Notes under the pieces: generated by a model
What the model saw: the letters and a program-made list of their open reading frames with translations, nothing else
Databases searched by the model: none
What the model was told of the DNA's origin: nothing
Assembly (NCBI GenBank): GCA_028826165.1
Contig: JAPDFW010000056.1
Span: forward strand, 62,001-126,000
Length of the DNA stretch: 64,000 nucleotides
Source: Anaeramoeba ignava BMAN
Taxonomy: Eukaryota; Protista; Anaeramoebae
Direction of reading: 5' to 3'
Shown here: positions 62,001-64,000 of the stretch, in pieces
How positions within the stretch are numbered: position 1 is the stretch's first letter
How the letters are laid out: every line of letters starts with the position of its first letter
Program-made: the position numbers and the translations under genes

Positions 62001-64000
62001 GAAACAAGACTGTATTCAACTATAAATTTCCAAGTTTCAAGAAAACTTATACCCAAAATAAAAAGACACTTCGCAACGGGTCGCGCTGATTTCGCAGTGC
62101 TTATTGAGCACGAAAACGAGTTCTGTCCCGGATTGTTGAAGTTGCACAAAAACTTCTTGGAAATCACAATATATGGGAAAAAGGAATCACAAAAATTTTT
62201 ATATTTGGAAATTGCAAGAATAAAAAAGGAAGACGACCCAGTGGTTGATACAAAGATTGCGATTGAAATGCAGAATCGCAGCGCAGTTCGTCTTCAGACA
62301 CAATCCCTGAGGAAAATGATAGAGGTTGTAAATTCACTTGAGATGTTCAAGTGGTATTTTGGGACTGATCCCGAAAATATCGCGATCCACGGCGAAATCA
62401 TCGGGACGCAACTTGAAATTGAGGCTATTGCTGAGCGCGTTGCCGAGAAGAAATACGCAACGTTTTTTGTCTCTTATGCTCAGCAATCAACTGCCAAAGA
62501 GAGAGCTATTCTCCGAATTGCATACTCTTCCTTGTCGTTGGTCAGCGCAGTCACATTCCACACAGTCATATCATTGACACCCCATAGTCCATCCCAAATC
62601 TCCATTAGTTTCTCAGAAGAATCTTCCGTTGTTCTTTATACTTCAACAAGCGCAAAGTATCAACCGTTGACAATTTTTTGCAATTCAAAATCACAAAAAA
62701 ATTTGATTGAAATTTGTTATCAAAAACTTGTCGCAATTCCCCAGGACAAAAAGGATCTCGCAACCCCTGCAAACATCCAGACGCGCAGATCTCTTTCCTT
62801 GGTGAATCAATCACTTGGGCATCAATCGACGCCCAGAAAATCAACATTTACTACGCCATCATTATTATCCAATTCGTCGCCAATTCCGGCAGAAATCATA
62901 CGTTATGTTGAATTTTCTCGCACATTCTCTCCAGTCGTCATCCAATCTCAATCCCATCTCGCCCTTTTCAACGAGGCTCTTCTCGACTCAGAATTCACCA
63001 CCTTCAGCGCAGATACTCTTGTATTAATACAGAACTCGCTTGCAAATTTAATCGACCAAAATAACTCCAAATCAAATGATTTAATTGTTAAAATAAAAGT
63101 AAATTTAATCGGCAAAGAAACAATCTCCTGCATCGCTGTTCTTGACAAAAAAAGCATTCTTTTCCATGAGGAGTTACTGAGCCAAATTGTGTTATTCCAG
63201 GCATCCTTGCCTTCTTCTGATTTGCGAGTGCTGTTGGATATTCGCAATCCACAAAGATTTGCAATTTTTTCAACAAAAAAAAAATTATTAATTTTCGAAA
63301 CACAAACTTCACAAGAAAGAGATATTCTCTCTAATATCATACTTCTGTTTGCGAGCGGATCATCGTTGATATCAGATCAACCAACAAACGATTCGCCGCA
63401 GCAGATGATCAAAATCCTGACTCCGTTGGCTGAAGAAATGCAGTTCAATCGGGAGAACCAAAAATCACGCAGCATTTTTTCAATAACAAAAGAGCACGCA
63501 ACTCCACCCACTCTCATCGCATCTCATCCTGTTCTTCTTGTGAACTCTTTCGGACAACGCGCAGAACATGCCACTATCATACTCGAACCCGAATATTTTA
63601 TGATCGAGCGTAAATCAACACGAAAAACAATAAGAAGAAAATACAGTCTATTTTCCAAACTCTTTCTTCTTGATCCTTTCCGCACACGGTTTTATATTGA
63701 TGATCTGCATCACATCGTGCTCGAATTCGCAGATCCCCAACGAAGATTAGGTTTTCTTTCCGATTTCTATTCTCATCGCGAAAAATATCTTTCTAGTTCA
63801 TTTCCCTTTATAGATCAAACACCATTGATTTTTAATTGTCAATTAAAAGTGAACAATCTCGAAAAACAAGCAACACTTTCTCTTCGATTCGACCGAATAG
63901 AATTCAACATCCTCGACTCATCATCTCCTTTCCATCCTCTTCGTTTCTCTTCTTCGCCATCTGTGTCTCGCAAGAATTCAATTTTGCGATCTGACCAATT
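59032..64000 (+). CDS. Large uncharacterised protein, possibly tandem PH-like domains; exon 59032-59583, intron 59584-61334, exon 61335 to beyond the window end
   Basis: CAA|GTAA donor and TTAG|ATC acceptor keep phase 0. The second exon read open in the segments I translated; the ORF track lists nothing in that frame, consistent with no stop before the window end. Confidence 0.75.
59584..61334. repeat. Low-complexity ATTTA/ATTCA intron
   Basis: 1.75 kb with almost no G on the + strand. Confidence 0.85.

Noticed and set aside
61331-63340. Short ORFs on both strands in the last 3 kb (likewise those overlapping membralin, UTP3 and the kinase)
   Set aside because: Shadow frames overlapping a longer real exon.

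Overview
Very AT-rich, intron-dense eukaryotic DNA using the standard genetic code; most long ORF-track entries are artefacts of simple repeats. The style (repeat-filled GT-AG introns, TTTTCA initiator-like tracts, expanded Rabs) suggests a protist such as the metamonad Anaeramoeba, which is an inference only. Left to right: 3' end of SYS1, RTRAF/CGI-99, a divergent Ras, and a ~40 kb head-to-tail minus-strand array (5783-45829) of 18 Rab loci. The array holds one canonical Rab11 plus 17 derived paralogues or remnants, labelled A-R here, and complete copies share the same 7 intron positions. I read 12 as intact (one, K, conditional on splicing a transposon-filled intron) and 6 as damaged. Near-identical neighbours differ mainly in P-loop and switch codons, several look chimeric, and two carry related inserts in intron 4, one with a decayed Mutator (MULE) transposase. 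After the array come membralin/TMEM259, an SH3-less OSTF1-like ankyrin gene, SAS10/UTP3, an OSR1/SPAK-like STE20 kinase and a large gene with apparent tandem PH-like modules that runs off the window. Gene models were spliced by eye, so boundaries may be off by a few bases and single-base frameshifts may be assembly errors.
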